IMG/VR virus record: IMGVR_UViG_3300028840_003906
Origin: a virus
Length of the DNA stretch: 64,000 nt
Reading direction: 5' to 3' (one strand)
Shown here: piece by piece, positions 7,078 through 16,947 of the stretch
How the letters are laid out: the number at the start of each line of letters is the position of its first letter
Numbering within the stretch: the first letter of the stretch is position 1
Notes under the pieces: generated by a model
The model's database searches: none
What the model saw: only the letters and a program-made list of their open reading frames with translations
What the model was told of the DNA's origin: nothing
Translations under genes and position numbers: made by a program

Positions 7078-9983
7078 TGATTCCTGACTACCTCAAAGAG
7101 CCGACGCTGGGTGGCCACATCTTCGGAAAGCTTGAGTATGACGACGAGGATGATGTCTTCGTGCTGACCGGAGAGCCTCTTGTGCTGCAGTACGCTAAGA
7201 GGATCTTTCCGGGCGCGCGTGTGACGCGAGGTGGCGGTGGGAAGATGATGTTCCATCGGACGCGGCGCGAGGTGGCAGACCTGAACTGGCTTCTGATGCG
7301 GTTCCCGCTGAACATCGACCAGTGCAAGCCGATCCTGGATCGCGCACGGGATGATGCGGTGTTCCAGATCAAAAGCCGGATGTCTGGGATGGACAAGGCG
7401 AGGACGAAGCCCCCGGAGAGCTTCCTTGGGAAGTTGTACCCGTACCAGGAGGTTGGGACCACGTTCCTGAAGACCAACCAGCGGTGTGTGCTCGGTGATG
7501 GGATGGGGCTTGGAAAGACGTGGACTGCCCTGGCGGCTGCGGCTGCTGCGGGGGACTATCCGGTGTTGGTGGTTTGCCAGACGCATGTGCAGAATCAGTG
7601 GCAGCGCATGATCGGAACGCTGTTCGATCTGGCCGGTGCGACAGTCACCGAGGGGATGAACCCATTCAGGGTGGCGAAGGAGCGCGGGAAGAAGATGGCA
7701 CCGATTCTGAAGTCGCAGACGCCGTACAAGATCCCGGACACACCGTTCGCGATCATCCACTATGGGTTGATTGCGTATTGGGAGCGGGCGCTGAGGAAGC
7801 GTGGGTTCAAGACGGTGATCTTCGATGAGGTTCAGGAGCTTCGCCACACGGGCACTGCGAAGTACTCTGCTGCATCGAACCTATCGACGGTTGCCGAGGA
7901 CGTGTGGGGGCTCTCGGGGACCCCGGTGTACGGGTATGGTGCGGAGATTTGGTCAGTGATGAACGCGATCGACTTCCACTGTCTGGGGTCGCACGAGGCT
8001 TTCACGCGCGAGTGGTGCACTGGGTACGGGGAGAAGATTGTCTCGGATCCACAGGCCCTGAATGGCCATCTGTCGCGCGAGGGGTTGCTTCTTCGAAGGC
8101 GTGCCGACGATCCGGATGTTGCGATTGATCTGCCGCAGGTGGTGCGGAAGGTCGAGGACCTGAACCACGACGAGATCCTGTACGACAAGCTCATTGGATC
8201 GGCGCGGGAATGCGCGAAACGGTATGATGGAGCGGGTTTTACGACCAAGGGACGCTTGGCTCGGATGATGGACACGCAGGGGCGGAAGGCGACTGGCGTT
8301 TCGAAGGCGGCCTACGTTGCGGAGTTCGTGGAGAGCCTGATTGAGGCCGGGGAGAGGCCGCTTGTGTACGCGTGGCATCACCAGGTGCATGACATCTACA
8401 AGGAGCGGCTGGGGAAGTACAATCCAGCCGTCTTCACAGGAAAAGAGACGCCGAAGCAGAAGGAGTACTTCCTGGAGAAATACTCTGAGGGCGAGATGCC
8501 GATGGCCCTCCTGAGCCTTCGGTCTGCTGCTGGTTTGGATGGGCTCCAGCATCACGCATCGATGTGCGTGTTCGGGGAGTTGGACTGGTCACCTGCTATA
8601 CATTGCTTTGATGAAAAGACGGAGGTTTTGACACGGGATGGGTTCAAGGGGGTGGACGATGTTTCGGTTGGAGATGTCGTTGCTGGATTTGATGTAGGGA
8701 GCGGAGAGATAAGATGGGTTCCGGCTCTTGGGAAAGTGGACCGGATGCTTGATGATGATGAGAAGTTGTACAGGACGAAGACCGTCACTCTTGATCTTTG
8801 TGTTACCGGAGATCACAGGATGGTTTATCGTAGCAACCGGAGGACGAATAAGGGGACCGTTAGGTCTGAATGGAGAGTTGATACGGCTGAGAACTTGTCA
8901 GGTGTGAAGAGGAGATACGTTCCTGTCTGTGGAGTGCAAGATGCCACAGGGGTGAGCTTGTCAGATGACGAGTTGAGACTGATCGGTCTCTTTGTGAGCG
9001 ATGGGAGCTTTAACGGTAGGCAGGTTACTATTTACCAGTCAGAGGATCAGCCCTGGAACAAGGACATCGTCGAGATCTTGAACGGTGCAGGGGTTCAGTG
9101 GTGGGTCAACCGCGTTCGTGGAATGCTTTGGTATGGGATCCCGACCGGGGCAAGAAAGAGCAGATTGGACCACGATAAGCCACTGAAGGGGTGGCGTGAC
9201 TTGGCTCCTTATCTGGACAAAGACATGAGTCCTCTCCTTGATGATTGCACGAGGGATCAGCTTGAGTGTTTCATTCATGGACTTTGGCTTGGTGACGGGG
9301 CGAAGAAAAAGTGGAACTCTTCTGTCAGGAGGATAACGAATACGAATATTGTTATGCTTGAGAGGCTTCAGTCGCTTTGTGTCCGTAGGGGGTTCTGCGC
9401 GAATATATCGACTAGGAAATCGAGAACATCTGCTGGGAATGTTGTGTACGATATCTACATCAGTGACAGGCAGGATGCGTATCTGCAGGACAACCCAAAG
9501 AGGCTGAATTCGTTTAAGGAGGATTTGGATTGCGAGGGTGAGAGGGTATGGTGTTTGAACAATGAGCTTGGCACGCTCGTGGTGAGGAGAAATGGGAAGG
9601 TTTGCATCACTGGGAATTCCCAGTGCGAGACGCGGATTGCACGAATTGGTGTCGACAAGACGCTGGAGGATGTGCCGAGCTACTACTGTGTTTCGAGCGT
9701 TGGTCACGACGAGATCATGATGGATGTCCTTGGCGTGAAGACAGGCCAGTTTGTCGGTATCATGGGGGATGAGCCCGAGTCGTACGAAGAGCAACGAGAG
9801 GCAGAGAAGCGTGCCACGCTTCGGATAAAAAGACTCGCCAACAAGCTGAAGAGCGAAAGCAGGGAATTGCCAAGCCCACCGAAAGAGGATAGGATAGTAG
9901 AGCAACCGTTGGCCAAGGGTCGCCCGAAGGGTGCTCGCGGCAAGTTGATCTGTGCTTTTGGTGGGAAGTTGGGTGATGGCTGA
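7074..9983 (+). CDS. SNF2-family (SF2) helicase/ATPase interrupted by an intein
   Basis: LYPYQ, GDGMGLGKT, VIFDEVQ, LSGTP, GLDGLQ, ELDWSPAIH/SQCETRIARIG motifs. Confidence 0.92.
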   Translation: MMIPDYLKEPTLGGHIFGKLEYDDEDDVFVLTGEPLVLQYAKRIFPGARVTRGGGGKMMFHRTRREVADLNWLLMRFPLNIDQCKPILDRARDDAVFQIKSRMSGMDKARTKPPESFLGKLYPYQEVGTTFLKTNQRCVLGDGMGLGKTWTALAAAAAAGDYPVLVVCQTHVQNQWQRMIGTLFDLAGATVTEGMNPFRVAKERGKKMAPILKSQTPYKIPDTPFAIIHYGLIAYWERALRKRGFKTVIFDEVQELRHTGTAKYSAASNLSTVAEDVWGLSGTPVYGYGAEIWSVMNAIDFHCLGSHEAFTREWCTGYGEKIVSDPQALNGHLSREGLLLRRRADDPDVAIDLPQVVRKVEDLNHDEILYDKLIGSARECAKRYDGAGFTTKGRLARMMDTQGRKATGVSKAAYVAEFVESLIEAGERPLVYAWHHQVHDIYKERLGKYNPAVFTGKETPKQKEYFLEKYSEGEMPMALLSLRSAAGLDGLQHHASMCVFGELDWSPAIHCFDEKTEVLTRDGFKGVDDVSVGDVVAGFDVGSGEIRWVPALGKVDRMLDDDEKLYRTKTVTLDLCVTGDHRMVYRSNRRTNKGTVRSEWRVDTAENLSGVKRRYVPVCGVQDATGVSLSDDELRLIGLFVSDGSFNGRQVTIYQSEDQPWNKDIVEILNGAGVQWWVNRVRGMLWYGIPTGARKSRLDHDKPLKGWRDLAPYLDKDMSPLLDDCTRDQLECFIHGLWLGDGAKKKWNSSVRRITNTNIVMLERLQSLCVRRGFCANISTRKSRTSAGNVVYDIYISDRQDAYLQDNPKRLNSFKEDLDCEGERVWCLNNELGTLVVRRNGKVCITGNSQCETRIARIGVDKTLEDVPSYYCVSSVGHDEIMMDVLGVKTGQFVGIMGDEPESYEEQREAEKRATLRIKRLANKLKSESRELPSPPKEDRIVEQPLAKGRPKGARGKLICAFGGKLGDG
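8604..9617 (+). mobile_element. intein with LAGLIDADG homing endonuclease (338 aa) in SNF2 motif V-VI region
   Basis: Starts CFDEKTEVLTRDGFK, ends LVVRRNGKVCITGN followed by Ser(+1); LIGLFVSDGS and FIHGLWLGDG LAGLIDADG motifs; removal restores WSPAIHSQCETRIARIG. Confidence 0.93.
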
Positions 9984-11067
9984 TCTGGCGTCAAAGAAGA
10001 AATCTCAGATAAAATTCAAGCGTGTCAAGGCACTCCGGTGCTACGATCAGGTCGTTGATCTCCTATACGCGGGATACCCCCTCTCTACGGTGGCGAATTT
10101 CATCCAAAAGAGGATGAAAGAGAGCACTGACATCACGCACCAGTCGATGATTGTGCTGCTGAGTCGCTTCCGGAGCGAGATGAACACGGGGGAGATGATC
10201 AAGGGGACGCTTCCTCGGGTGTTCTCGAAGGCGGAGCAGAAGTTTTCCAACAAGATGCAGGAGTTGGAGCGTCTGGAGGATCAGTATCAGATGATGCAGT
10301 TCCGGCTGGATGTCGCGCACGGGGAGGAGCGTCTGAGCGGGGAGATCAACCCCAATGTGGACAAGGTTGCGAAGTCCATCCTCGGAATCATCGACAAGAT
10401 GCACGCCATCAAGATGGATCTGGGGCTGATCGGCTCCCGGGACCTTGGGACGATTACGGTTTCGGCGGAGAATGTTGAGCGCATCAAGGAGAAGTATGGG
10501 TCTGGGGCCGCGCGGGCCTTCGAGGATCCGGTTTCTCGTGGACGCGTCCTGGCTGCTCTCAACGCGATGCGGAAGGCTGGGCGGCTGCGTGACAAGGATG
10601 GGAACCCGCTGGACATTGAGAACAAGATGAATCTCTCGGACGAGGAGAGGGGGAACATCATCGACGCTGAGTTCGAAGAGACTGTCGGTTCTGGCGCCGA
10701 AGATGAAGATCTGTACGACGGGTCGGATGACGGGGAAGACGGGGAACCTGGGGGCGATTTCATGCCACAAGGGGAAGATTTCTCTGAGCCGATGGAGGAC
10801 ATGACTGATGAGACGGTCGTGGCCCTCGATCCTGCGATGGATGATGAAGAGGAGCCAGAGGAGGAGCCAGAGGAGCCCCCCAAGAAAACGAAGCCGAAGC
10901 CGAAGTCGGAACCGAAGGTTCGACACCCGGATTCGGACAAGACGGAGATGGAGCCGGTCCGTAGGCCGACGAGGCCCAACATGCCACCAGGGCCAGCGAA
11001 GCCCAGTGTTCGTGGGAACATCAAACAGAGAACGACATCTACTCAGAGACGCAAAAAGGACGAGTAG
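9976..11067 (+). CDS. putative terminase small subunit / DNA-packaging accessory protein
   Basis: Directly upstream of TerL; N-terminal HTH-like segment, central coiled coil, acidic/Pro-rich tail; function inferred from position. Confidence 0.45.
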   Translation: MADLASKKKSQIKFKRVKALRCYDQVVDLLYAGYPLSTVANFIQKRMKESTDITHQSMIVLLSRFRSEMNTGEMIKGTLPRVFSKAEQKFSNKMQELERLEDQYQMMQFRLDVAHGEERLSGEINPNVDKVAKSILGIIDKMHAIKMDLGLIGSRDLGTITVSAENVERIKEKYGSGAARAFEDPVSRGRVLAALNAMRKAGRLRDKDGNPLDIENKMNLSDEERGNIIDAEFEETVGSGAEDEDLYDGSDDGEDGEPGGDFMPQGEDFSEPMEDMTDETVVALDPAMDDEEEPEEEPEEPPKKTKPKPKSEPKVRHPDSDKTEMEPVRRPTRPNMPPGPAKPSVRGNIKQRTTSTQRRKKDE

Positions 11068-13119
11068 ATGATCATCGTAACCAAGCAAGGACGGAAGAAG
11101 TCCGTCCTGACACCAGATGAAATAGAAGAGCGGGCAGGGGACATCGTCTCGAATTTGACTCCGCAAGAGCAGGAGCTTTTCTTCGGGCTCTTGGATGACG
11201 ATGTGGAGGAGCAGGCCAAGGTCGAGGAGACGATGATTCAGCACCGGTATCACACGAGGCCGGTGTCGATGGAGCAATTTATCGAGGATCCGTACTACCT
11301 TGGTGAGTCGTGCACGACGATTTACCCGCAGCTGAAAGAGGACCTGATCAACCTGTTTGAGCATCCCTACCGGGAGGTGGTTCTCACAGGTGGTATCGGA
11401 GTCGGAAAGACGTATAGCCTTTCGATTGCCCTGTGTCGGGTGATCTATGAGCTGTCCTGTCTGGTGAACCCGCAGAAGACGTTTGGCCTGTCCTCTGGTA
11501 CCGAGATGGTGATCCCACTGATCTCGAAGAACCTGATCCTGGCCCGGGAGGTCATGAAGACGGCTGTCGATGACAAGCTCAAAGAGAGCCCGTACTTCAT
11601 GGAGAAGTTCACGCCGAAGATCTCAAAGGATGCGACGGTGTTTCCGAATAACATCCGTGTGGTCATCGGTTCGTACGGCTCGGAGCGTATCCTGGGATCG
11701 AACGTTTTTGCATGCGGGCTGGACGAGACGAACTTCCCGCCGACCCGCCGGTCCCAGCAGATCACCACGGCGATCGGGCAGCGGAAGACGGCGGCTCACT
11801 TCGATCCAGTCGAGAAGGTCTACAGGAACCTTTTGCGTCGTATCAAATCCAGGTTCCAGAAGGCCGGTGGGGACTTCCCGGGGATGGTCATCCTGGCTTC
11901 TTCGGCAGCGACCCTGGAGAGCTTCACCGAGCGGAAGATGCGTGAGAGCGCGAATGATCCACAGGTCTTCGTGCGGGACCATACGGCTTGGACGGCGAAG
12001 CCAGAGACAGAGTTCTGCGGCGAGAAGTTCTGGGTCATCTGCTCTACATCCTCCTTGAGAGCGCGGATTCTCGAAGAGGAAGAGTACGACGACATCACGG
12101 ATGAGTACCTGGAGGAGAACGACGCTTGGCTGATCGACATCCCGATCGAATACCTCACGGACTTCGAGACGGATATCGAGAATGCTTTGAGGGATATTGC
12201 TGGTATTTCAACACAGGCAATCTCGTCGTTCATCCAGCGGCCCGAGGCTGTTGATGCGTGTGCGGTTGAAGAGCTTCCTCATGCGTTCTCGATGGGGGAA
12301 TGGACCGCTGGTGGGCCGGGATCGTTCCTGTGGCGCCAGATGTGCAAAGAGTTTGAAAGGACGATTCCTGGCGGGTACAAGGAGACGGCGTGGGCACCGA
12401 AGATCAACCCCAAGAAGATGCGGTGGTGTCATATTGATACGTCGTTGTCCGGGGACGCGACTGGATTCTGTGTTGGGCACATCGACAAGTGGGTGGAGGT
12501 CGTGCGCCGTTCCGAGAAGGGGGAGCACTTCGCCGAGCTTGCACCGTTCTACATCATCGACGTCTTATTGAGGATCAATCCGCCTCCAGGGGAGCAGATT
12601 TACATGCCGGACCTTCGGAGGTTGGTGTACGAGTTGCAGGCGCACGGGTACACATTTGCGGGGCTTTCCACGGATACCTACCAGTACGTCGAGATGCATC
12701 AGCAGATACGAAGGCGGGGAATCACACCTCACATCGTTTCGATGGATGTGAAGACCGATCCGTACGATGAGCTGAAGAGGGCCATTTACGAGGATCGGAT
12801 CCGGTACCACAAGTACGATCCGTTTATTGAGGAGCTGAAGTTCCTGGAGTACGACAGGCTGAAGGGGAAGATCGACCACCCTCAGGCGGGGTCGAAGGAC
12901 GTCTCTGATGCGGCGGCAGGTGTGGTATATTCTTTGTTGGAACATTCGACACGCTTGCCAATTGGTCTCGGGTCTGATACCTCTAAAAAGAGCATGCATG
13001 CGAATTCTTGGGTGAGTACCCTGGTTCCGGCATCTCAGGTCGACCTGGAAGAAGTGAGAGAAGCTGCTGATGATGCAAGAGACGACTCCGAGTTTGTCCC
13101 CATCCTGTTTGGAGATTAA
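11068..13119 (+). CDS. terL: terminase large subunit
   Basis: Walker A GGIGVGKT, Walker B LDETNF, nuclease HIDTSLSGDATG and KDVSDA motifs. Confidence 0.9.
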   Translation: MIIVTKQGRKKSVLTPDEIEERAGDIVSNLTPQEQELFFGLLDDDVEEQAKVEETMIQHRYHTRPVSMEQFIEDPYYLGESCTTIYPQLKEDLINLFEHPYREVVLTGGIGVGKTYSLSIALCRVIYELSCLVNPQKTFGLSSGTEMVIPLISKNLILAREVMKTAVDDKLKESPYFMEKFTPKISKDATVFPNNIRVVIGSYGSERILGSNVFACGLDETNFPPTRRSQQITTAIGQRKTAAHFDPVEKVYRNLLRRIKSRFQKAGGDFPGMVILASSAATLESFTERKMRESANDPQVFVRDHTAWTAKPETEFCGEKFWVICSTSSLRARILEEEEYDDITDEYLEENDAWLIDIPIEYLTDFETDIENALRDIAGISTQAISSFIQRPEAVDACAVEELPHAFSMGEWTAGGPGSFLWRQMCKEFERTIPGGYKETAWAPKINPKKMRWCHIDTSLSGDATGFCVGHIDKWVEVVRRSEKGEHFAELAPFYIIDVLLRINPPPGEQIYMPDLRRLVYELQAHGYTFAGLSTDTYQYVEMHQQIRRRGITPHIVSMDVKTDPYDELKRAIYEDRIRYHKYDPFIEELKFLEYDRLKGKIDHPQAGSKDVSDAAAGVVYSLLEHSTRLPIGLGSDTSKKSMHANSWVSTLVPASQVDLEEVREAADDARDDSEFVPILFGD

Positions 13120-13121
13120 GC

Positions 13122-14786
13122 ATGGCGTGGCTTGACTGGATAGGTACCTTCTTTTCGAAGGAAAAGGAGCAACAGGTCGCAAAAGAGGCTCGCGGAGTAT
13201 CGGTCGGGACCCCCGGACAGGCGGGGCAGGTCGGTAGCGGAAACCTGGAGTCCGAGCCGGGCTACGGGAATCTTTGCGATTCGCTTGGTGTCGATCAGGA
13301 CCTGATGCGTCGGTATGCCGACTACGAGAACATGGACGACTATCCCGAGACGTCCATGGTTCTTGATCGCTATGCGGACGATTCGACGATTCCGGACTCC
13401 ATTCACAACAAGACGATCTGGTCCATCTCCAGAGACAAGGTTTTCAGAGATCTGATCGATGACTGCATGCACAGGCGCGTGCAGATCGAGGAGGACATCT
13501 GGGTCGCGGTTCGGACGCTCTGCAAGTATGGAAACCTCTTCGGTGAGGTCCTTGTGAACGAGACCGGTGTGGTCGGTATCAACTGGCTGCCGGTTGCCAC
13601 GATGCGGAGAATTGTTGACGAGAAAGGTGCCCTGATTGGGTTCGTCCAGGACATGACGGGGACTTTCAACTTCGATTACAAGGAATCGATCGATGCGTTG
13701 AAGGCCCACCAGCTCCCGGAGGTTCACGACACCGACAACCACAAGAAGGTGACGTTTTTCAGGCCCTGGGAGGTTGTCCATTGGAGGCTGCGCAGCAAGA
13801 TGATGCGCGCTCAGTACGGGTACAGCGTGCTGGATTCGTCCCGGTGGGTTTGGAAGCGTCTGATTCTGATGGAGGACACGGCGCTCGTACAGAAGCTCAC
13901 TCGATCACCTGGAAGGTATGCCTTCTATGTGGACACGGGGGATCTGCCGCCCAAGGAGGCGATGGCTCTCGTCAAGAAGGTGAAGCGGGGTTACAAGAAG
14001 AAGAAGTTGGTGGACCCGAGCACGGGTCAGCTGGATTTCAGATACAACCCGCTCTCTCCGCATGAGGATTTCTGGGTTCCAACCCGTGGGCAGAAGGACT
14101 CGACGAGGATCGAGGTAGTTTCTGGCCCAGATGTTCAGATGATGGACGACGTCGAGTACTTCCGCGAGAAGCTAAGGAAGGCTTCTGGGGTTCCGGACGA
14201 GACGGAAGACGCATCCAAGCCGTTCAGCGAGGGGAATGCACGGTTTGCGCGCGCGTGTATGCGTGTGCAGCGTGAGTTCATGACCGGGATGAGAAAGGTC
14301 ATTAAGGTCCACCTGGCGGCACTGAACATCGATGCCGATTCGGTGAAGTGGCATCTGAAGATGACCATCCCGTCTCCGGTGTTCGAGATGCAGCAGATCG
14401 AAATCATGAATGCGCGGGCGGCCCTTGCTGACTCGATGACTGAGTGGACGACCAAGACTTGGATTCTGCAGCACGTCTTCAAGTTCCCAGAGGACGACGC
14501 AACAGCGATGTCGCGGGACAAGACCGATGAGGTTGACGAGGTCATGAAGCGTGAGGCTGCGACCCAGGCGGATATCATCAGGCTGTACCCACAGTTGCAG
14601 GATATGCCGGTGCCGGAGGGGTCCGAGCCGGTGAAGGAAAGTATCAAGAGTGAGATTGCTGGGCTGAAGAAGATCTATGAAGAGACTAGTCAAAGCTCTT
14701 CAGAGGTGATAAAAAGATTCGAGAGGCTGGATTCGAGATTGGGTCGCGTTGAAAAGACCATCAAGACTTCGGCTATCTCGGGATAG
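13122..14786 (+). CDS. portal protein (T4 gp20-like)
   Basis: YENMDDYPE, LCKYGNLF, WKRLILMEDTALVQKLTRSPGRYAFYVDTGDLP, EDFWVPTRG, DDVEYFREKL. Confidence 0.92.
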   Translation: MAWLDWIGTFFSKEKEQQVAKEARGVSVGTPGQAGQVGSGNLESEPGYGNLCDSLGVDQDLMRRYADYENMDDYPETSMVLDRYADDSTIPDSIHNKTIWSISRDKVFRDLIDDCMHRRVQIEEDIWVAVRTLCKYGNLFGEVLVNETGVVGINWLPVATMRRIVDEKGALIGFVQDMTGTFNFDYKESIDALKAHQLPEVHDTDNHKKVTFFRPWEVVHWRLRSKMMRAQYGYSVLDSSRWVWKRLILMEDTALVQKLTRSPGRYAFYVDTGDLPPKEAMALVKKVKRGYKKKKLVDPSTGQLDFRYNPLSPHEDFWVPTRGQKDSTRIEVVSGPDVQMMDDVEYFREKLRKASGVPDETEDASKPFSEGNARFARACMRVQREFMTGMRKVIKVHLAALNIDADSVKWHLKMTIPSPVFEMQQIEIMNARAALADSMTEWTTKTWILQHVFKFPEDDATAMSRDKTDEVDEVMKREAATQADIIRLYPQLQDMPVPEGSEPVKESIKSEIAGLKKIYEETSQSSSEVIKRFERLDSRLGRVEKTIKTSAISG

Positions 14787-14795
14787 GGGTGAGAG

Positions 14796-15653
14796 ATGTA
14801 CATCCAAGGTTCTGCGATCGACAAGAAATTCAAAGGGAGTCTGGAGCACCAGGCCCAGCTCATCGGCGAGGCGATTGCTGAGCATTTCGGTGATTCTCCC
14901 GTGAGTGTGCTCGCTACTCAGGCGAAGCATGCGTTTGTTGTGGATGGGTCCGGATCCATTCTGAAGGTCTCCTACAAGGTCGAGGGCAAAGAGGTGAAGG
15001 TCACCCGAGCCAAGAAGACCGACGAGATTCCCGTGATCGAGGACAAGGATGTCCCACGGTTTGTCTCCGATCAGCTGCGCTCTTTGGCGGAGGCTGTGAT
15101 GAGTGGAAAGCCGATGGAACGAACTCAAGTTCGTGAACTCGCGCAGCTCATCGACAAAGACGAGGCGTATTGGGTCTCTGATGTGATCGAGGGGATCGAC
15201 GAGGCTGTCGAGAACGGCACCTGGTTCGGGATGTACGAAGCGAACCAAGAGCAGATTCGGACGACCATGTACGGTCGAATCCGTGAGATTGAGTCTCCAT
15301 TCACTTCCACAAAGTTTTCGAAGATCGCACCGTCGAAGCTCTCGAAGTTCGAGGGTGAACTCCGTGAAGCGGTGAGCGTTTTGTCCGGTTTGGTCAACAA
15401 GGTAGTTGACGAATGCTCAGGGATGGTGTTTGATCAGGATCAGGATGATTTTTTCAGTGCTATCTGTGAATCGTTGAAAGTTGAAGCGCAGGCCATTGGT
15501 GGCTTGCTCGGCAAGGCCGAAAAGTTGATGCGATCTGACGATGTCGGTCGCGTTGCAGAAGCACATGACAGGCTTGCTGAGCGAGCGAAGACAATGGCCG
15601 TCGTGACCGAGTACATGAAGACTAGGTCACAACCAACAGGAGACGAGGAGTAG
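14796..15653 (+). CDS. putative prohead core/head assembly protein
   Basis: 285-aa ORF between portal and protease, position of T4 gp67/gp68. Confidence 0.55.
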   Translation: MYIQGSAIDKKFKGSLEHQAQLIGEAIAEHFGDSPVSVLATQAKHAFVVDGSGSILKVSYKVEGKEVKVTRAKKTDEIPVIEDKDVPRFVSDQLRSLAEAVMSGKPMERTQVRELAQLIDKDEAYWVSDVIEGIDEAVENGTWFGMYEANQEQIRTTMYGRIREIESPFTSTKFSKIAPSKLSKFEGELREAVSVLSGLVNKVVDECSGMVFDQDQDDFFSAICESLKVEAQAIGGLLGKAEKLMRSDDVGRVAEAHDRLAERAKTMAVVTEYMKTRSQPTGDEE

Positions 15654-15657
15654 AAAA

Positions 15658-16725
15658 ATGGCACAGAAGAAGGTCACGACAACCCTCAATGAGGACATGC
15701 AGGTTCTCGGCATCCCGGGTGTCAACATGGCAGAGCAGGCGCGTCTTGGTGGCATCCCTCTGAGCGAAGACAAGGACGAGGGACCGGCCGATGACGAGCT
15801 TCAGGAGATGATGAAGGAAGGGTACAAGGAGGGCATGACGTGCCCGAAGTGCAAAAAGGGCAAGATGTCCAAGCACAGGTGCCCGGACTGCGGATTCGAG
15901 GTCAAGCCAGAGTATCGCCAGGATCCTGGGAAGCAGGTTGCTGCTTCCACGAACGAGGAGGCCGAGGGCGACGATGAGGTTCATCCCCTCGACGCACCTG
16001 AAGTGAACGAGGACCTGTTCACTGCGATCATGGACCTTCCGTTTGACGACATGAAGGCCGAGGACGTGGAGGAGGTTCTGGAGGCTCTCAAGGAGAAGGA
16101 CCTTCCGGAGGATGCTTCTGACGGGCTGAAGGAGCGTGCCGAGGAGGTCGTGGACTTCCTGATCGAGGCTGTGGCGAAGAAGACCCGTCGGGCGAAGGCT
16201 GGATCGATGGCGAAGAAAGCCTCCTTCCAGTGCCCTCCCGGAACCCGGAAGGACCCAAAGGACAAGGCTGGCCGTCGGTGTATCCGCGCCGCGAAGGCCG
16301 CTGGTGGATCAGGCAAGCTCGCCAAGGAGACCCGCAAGAAGGGTCGCTGGGCGAAGTCCGGCAAGGGCAAGAAGTCTGCTCGCAAGTCGTCTCGTTGGGC
16401 TGCCCGTCGTGAGGACATCCAGTCGCCGTTCGCTGCTGAACTGCATGGACTCCTAGAGGATACGCAGGAAGAGATCCAGGAGAGCGTGCGCGACGAGATC
16501 ATCGAGCGCATTGGCGACATCCTGGAGATGTTCTGCGAGGAGTTCAACGATGAGGCCGTGACGCGCGTCTTCGAAGAGGCGTACGAGCCGGTGCTTTCTT
16601 CCATGGAATCCGGGCGTCTGGACGAGGACGTCATGGACGAGGACGAGTTTGTCGCTGAAATCAAGCCACTGGTGACGCTGATCCACAAGTCGATCGAGCG
16701 CATCGGGGCCGACTCGGGAAACTGA
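15658..16725 (+). CDS. putative prohead core protein (acidic, with Zn ribbon and basic insert); frameshift-extendable
   Basis: 355-aa ORF, CPKC...CPDC, K/R-rich block, ends at G GGA AAC TGA. Confidence 0.65.
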   Translation: MAQKKVTTTLNEDMQVLGIPGVNMAEQARLGGIPLSEDKDEGPADDELQEMMKEGYKEGMTCPKCKKGKMSKHRCPDCGFEVKPEYRQDPGKQVAASTNEEAEGDDEVHPLDAPEVNEDLFTAIMDLPFDDMKAEDVEEVLEALKEKDLPEDASDGLKERAEEVVDFLIEAVAKKTRRAKAGSMAKKASFQCPPGTRKDPKDKAGRRCIRAAKAAGGSGKLAKETRKKGRWAKSGKGKKSARKSSRWAARREDIQSPFAAELHGLLEDTQEEIQESVRDEIIERIGDILEMFCEEFNDEAVTRVFEEAYEPVLSSMESGRLDEDVMDEDEFVAEIKPLVTLIHKSIERIGADSGN

Positions 16726-16782
16726 TAAGTCGTCTCGGCGAGGCGGTGTGGCGTCGTCGCACCGGTACTACGTCGGGACGAC
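16716..16782 (+). promoter_or_regulatory. -1 programmed ribosomal frameshift signal (GGGAAAC slippery heptamer + 6-nt spacer + long stem-loop)
   Basis: G GGA AAC in correct phase at 16716-16722; 12-bp stem 16729-16740/16771-16782 plus inner stem 16744-16752/16756-16764; -1 frame open to TGA 16941-16943. Confidence 0.75.
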
Positions 16783-16947
16783 AGGAGCTGGTTGGTTTTG
16801 AGTCGCTTAAAAAAGCTGCTAGGCCCGATGGCAAGAAAACGGATAGACGAGTCTCCCCGGAGGCCAAGAGGAAACTCGACCGCAATCCGCTTGGAAGAAC
16901 ACGTTTCAGGCGGTGGCGAAGCAAAACCGGCAAGAGAGGGTGATGAG

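Noticed and set aside
7489-7497. Self-target of an array spacer (tgctcggtg)
   Set aside because: A single 9-mer match is expected by chance in 64 kb, and the flanking bases do not match the partner spacer.
16792-16947. 52-aa N-terminal extension of the protease (TTG start 16792)
   Set aside because: ATG 16948 has a good SD and matches gp21-like N-termini; the region is better explained by the -1 frameshift extension.
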